The position numbers were made by a program, and so were the translations under genes. A stretch of 30,057 nucleotides of DNA from a virus (lineage: Duplodnaviria > Caudoviricetes). Below the pieces are notes generated by a model, which saw nothing but the letters and a program-made list of their open reading frames with translations, did not search any database and was not told the origin of the DNA. Numbering within the stretch: position 1 is the stretch's first letter; the number at the start of each line of letters is the position of its first letter. Of this stretch, positions 27,896 through 30,057 are shown one piece after another. The stretch lies in IMG/VR virus record IMGVR_UViG_3300034355_000367, positions 1 through 30,057 of that record. One strand, 5' to 3'.

Positions 27896-29067
27896 GCGGG
27901 TCGGAACTAAACAATCCCAACTCATATCCTAATATTATTGTAACAGTACCGAGTGGTGATGCTGCTCTTACCGTTACAACATCTACCATTAATTCAGATA
28001 TTTTAGATCCTACTCTATATCCAACATTAAATGTTAATGTTACATCAGAGTATCCAGTTTTAAAAATTTTAACTTCTCCACCTATTATTATAGGTAGTGG
28101 AAGTGGTAGTTCATCTTTTGCTCCGGGTGGTGCTGGTCCACCAGGTGCAAATGGAGCAACCGGAGCCACGGGAGCAACTGGAGCCGCAGGTAGAACCGGT
28201 GATGGTTATACTGGAGCTTTTATTTCTGGTTCAACTCTGTATATGACTCCTGTGATTGCTGGAGTTGCACAAAGTTCTGTTGCCATTGGAACCGTTTCGG
28301 GAGCTGGATCAGAGTTAACCTGGACTAATACTAACCCAGTTACAACAACTATTGGTGGTATTGATTCTGGTGATATAATCAGTCTAGGATCTAAAGCAAT
28401 TGAAATTTTACAATTAATGTTCTATCCATATCAACCAGTTTCATTTTCAGCTTTTAGTGTAAATTTGATTGGTGGAATTAAAGAACTTGGACAGGGTATA
28501 ACAGGTTCTACAGTTAATACAACCTGGATAGCATCTGGACCAACCTATAATTGGGTTCCTAATGGAATAACATTAACGAGAAATCAAGGTACGAGTCTGG
28601 TAGTCGATAATTTAAATTATAATTCTACTCCAATTGTAACACATCCACCATATGTATTTACTACACCAACAATATTAACCTTTACACTTACTGGTGATCA
28701 GTTGGAAGGATCTAATGTTTCAAGAACTGAATCTTATAATTGGCAACATAAAGTTTATTACGGTTCGAGTACTAATCCAGCTATTACTGATTTTACTGAT
28801 TTAACTGGGGAATTTGCAACAAATACTCCTATAAATGTTAGAACTATTGTTGGAGATGGGATTAATCCAAAATATTTCTATTTTGTTATTCCATCGGCTT
28901 TTGATAGTTATACAGGATTTAAAGATGACGCAACGTCATTCTCAATACCTTTTAATGCTGCTCTAACAATATCTGTTACTAATGCATACGGAGTATCCAC
29001 TAGTTATAAATATTACAGATCATTTGAGACTTCTGATGGAACATTAAATATACGTCCAAGTGTATAA
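27892..29067 (+). CDS. Putative virion structural/fibre-associated protein with a short collagen segment
   Basis: GPPGANGATGATGATGAAGRT at about 28135-28200. S/T/G-rich beta domains and C-terminal KVYYGSS...YFYFVIP...NAYG...YKYYRS. Confidence 0.68.
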   Translation: MSGSELNNPNSYPNIIVTVPSGDAALTVTTSTINSDILDPTLYPTLNVNVTSEYPVLKILTSPPIIIGSGSGSSSFAPGGAGPPGANGATGATGATGAAGRTGDGYTGAFISGSTLYMTPVIAGVAQSSVAIGTVSGAGSELTWTNTNPVTTTIGGIDSGDIISLGSKAIEILQLMFYPYQPVSFSAFSVNLIGGIKELGQGITGSTVNTTWIASGPTYNWVPNGITLTRNQGTSLVVDNLNYNSTPIVTHPPYVFTTPTILTFTLTGDQLEGSNVSRTESYNWQHKVYYGSSTNPAITDFTDLTGEFATNTPINVRTIVGDGINPKYFYFVIPSAFDSYTGFKDDATSFSIPFNAALTISVTNAYGVSTSYKYYRSFETSDGTLNIRPSV

Positions 29068-29073
29068 GTTACT

Positions 29074-30057
29074 ATGGCAATTATAACCGGCAGTATTCCT
29101 CTTACCAGCTTTATTGCACCAAATTCATCTGGTGATGGTTATCCAGTAACTAAACCAATATATGGGTTGGGTGGTTTAAGAACTGTAGGTAATACGAGTG
29201 AACGAGATGCTATTACATCTGCTCGGCGTGAGGCGGGTATGGTGGTGTATGTTGCCGATATCCAGAAGTATTTTACCTTTAAAGGACCAACTGGAAATGC
29301 TGACTGGACTGAATTTGTTTTAGGTGCTTCAGCTGGTGTTACTGGTAATACAGGGGCTACTGGTCCTACTGGTGCTGCTGGTACAACTGGTACTACTGGT
29401 TCTGCTGGTACAACTGGTACCACTGGTGCTCCCGGTACAACTGGTACTACTGGTGCTACTGGTACTCCCGGTACAACTGGTACCACTGGTGCTACTGGTG
29501 CTCCCGGTACAACTGGTACTACTGGTGCTCCCGGTAGAACTGGTACTACTGGTTCTGCTGGTACGACTGGTACCACTGGTGCTCCCGGTACAACTGGTAC
29601 CACTGGTGCTCCCGGTACAACTGGTACTACTGGTGCTCCCGGTACAACTGGTACTACTGGTGCTACTGGTGCACAAGGTCCTCAAGGTTATGATGGTCGT
29701 ATAGGTCCTACTGGTGCTGCTGGTACAACTGGTACTACTGGTTCTGCTGGTACAACTGGTACCACTGGTGCTCCCGGTACAACTGGTACTACTGGTGCTA
29801 CTGGTACTCCCGGTACAACTGGTACCACTGGTGCTACTGGTGCTCCCGGTACAACTGGTACTACTGGTGCTCCCGGTAGAACTGGTACTACTGGTTCTGC
29901 TGGTACGACTGGTACCACTGGTGCTCCCGGTACAACTGGTACCACTGGTGCTCCCGGTACAACTGGTACTACTGGTGCTCCCGGTACAACTGGTACTACT
30001 GGTGCTACTGGTGCACAAGGTCCTCAAGGTTATGATGGTCGTATAGGTCCTACTGGT
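29074..30057 (+). CDS. Collagen-like (G-X-T) fibre protein, 3'-truncated, absent from the ORF track
   Basis: ATG at 29074: [60 protein letters not shown]... followed by uninterrupted G-X-Y triplets (GTT, GAP, GAT, GSA) to the window end with no stop. Confidence 0.9.
   Translation, partial: MAIITGSIPLTSFIAPNSSGDGYPVTKPIYGLGGLRTVGNTSERDAITSARREAGMVVYVADIQKYFTFKGPTGNADWTEFVLGASAGVTGNTGATGPTGAAGTTGTTGSAGTTGTTGAPGTTGTTGATGTPGTTGTTGATGAPGTTGTTGAPGRTGTTGSAGTTGTTGAPGTTGTTGAPGTTGTTGAPGTTGTTGATGAQGPQGYDGRIGPTGAAGTTGTTGSAGTTGTTGAPGTTGTTGATGTPGTTGTTGATGAPGTTGTTGAPGRTGTTGSAGTTGTTGAPGTTGTTGAPGTTGTTGAPGTTGTTGATGAQGPQGYDGRIGPTG
29362..30057 (+). repeat. Tandem 342-bp repeat (two full copies plus the start of a third) made of 9-bp GGT-NNN-NNN units
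   Basis: The unit GGTCCTACTGGTGCTGCT...GGTTATGATGGTCGTATA starts at 29362, 29704 and 30046. Confidence 0.93.

Noticed and set aside
29139-30046. Five long ORF-track entries (VPVVP, LVLLV and TSSTS repeat proteins)
   Set aside because: They are off-frame and antisense shadows of the collagen repeat. The real frame starts at 29074 with a globular N-terminal domain.
29362-30057. CRISPR array or diversity-generating retroelement repeat pair
   Set aside because: There are no unique spacers, no adenine-specific differences between copies and no reverse transcriptase or cas gene. It is an in-frame coding repeat.
1-30057. tRNAs, introns, inteins, homing endonucleases or stop-codon reassignment
   Set aside because: Intergenic gaps are tiny, core genes have normal lengths and translate intact with the standard code, and I saw no cloverleaf or HNH/GIY-YIG motifs.

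Overview
A 30 kb segment of a T4-like myovirus genome, probably an aquatic lineage related to the T4-like cyano- and pelagiphages. It starts inside the head module: portal gp20, two small core proteins, protease gp21, an inserted unknown gene, scaffold gp22, major capsid gp23, then gp3. Next comes a uvsY-uvsW-hypothetical cassette on the minus strand. A large AT-rich glycan-biosynthesis island follows, with six putative glycosyltransferases (GT25-, GT11-, GT10-, GT7-, GT2- and CgeB-like), a DUF6492-like gene, a ColD-type PLP dehydratase, an Fcl/ColC reductase, an NDP-sugar epimerase, two FkbM-like methyltransferases and Gmd. This island is interleaved with the late sigma factor gp55. The gp47-gp46-gp45-gp44-gp62-regA replication block comes next, then a GT2+TPR glycosyltransferase and a structural module that ends in a Thr-rich collagen-like fibre running off the window. 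Three signals stand out: (1) an apparently complete phage-encoded GDP-colitose/GDP-fucose pathway (Gmd, His-type ColD, ColC/Fcl) with GT11 and GT10 transferases; (2) a TPR glycosyltransferase beside a G-X-T collagen fibre, suggesting virion fibre O-glycosylation; (3) repeated TTGACA-N16-TATAAT-N6-start promoters implying leaderless mRNAs. All calls come from motif recognition and synteny read by eye; no database searches were run.
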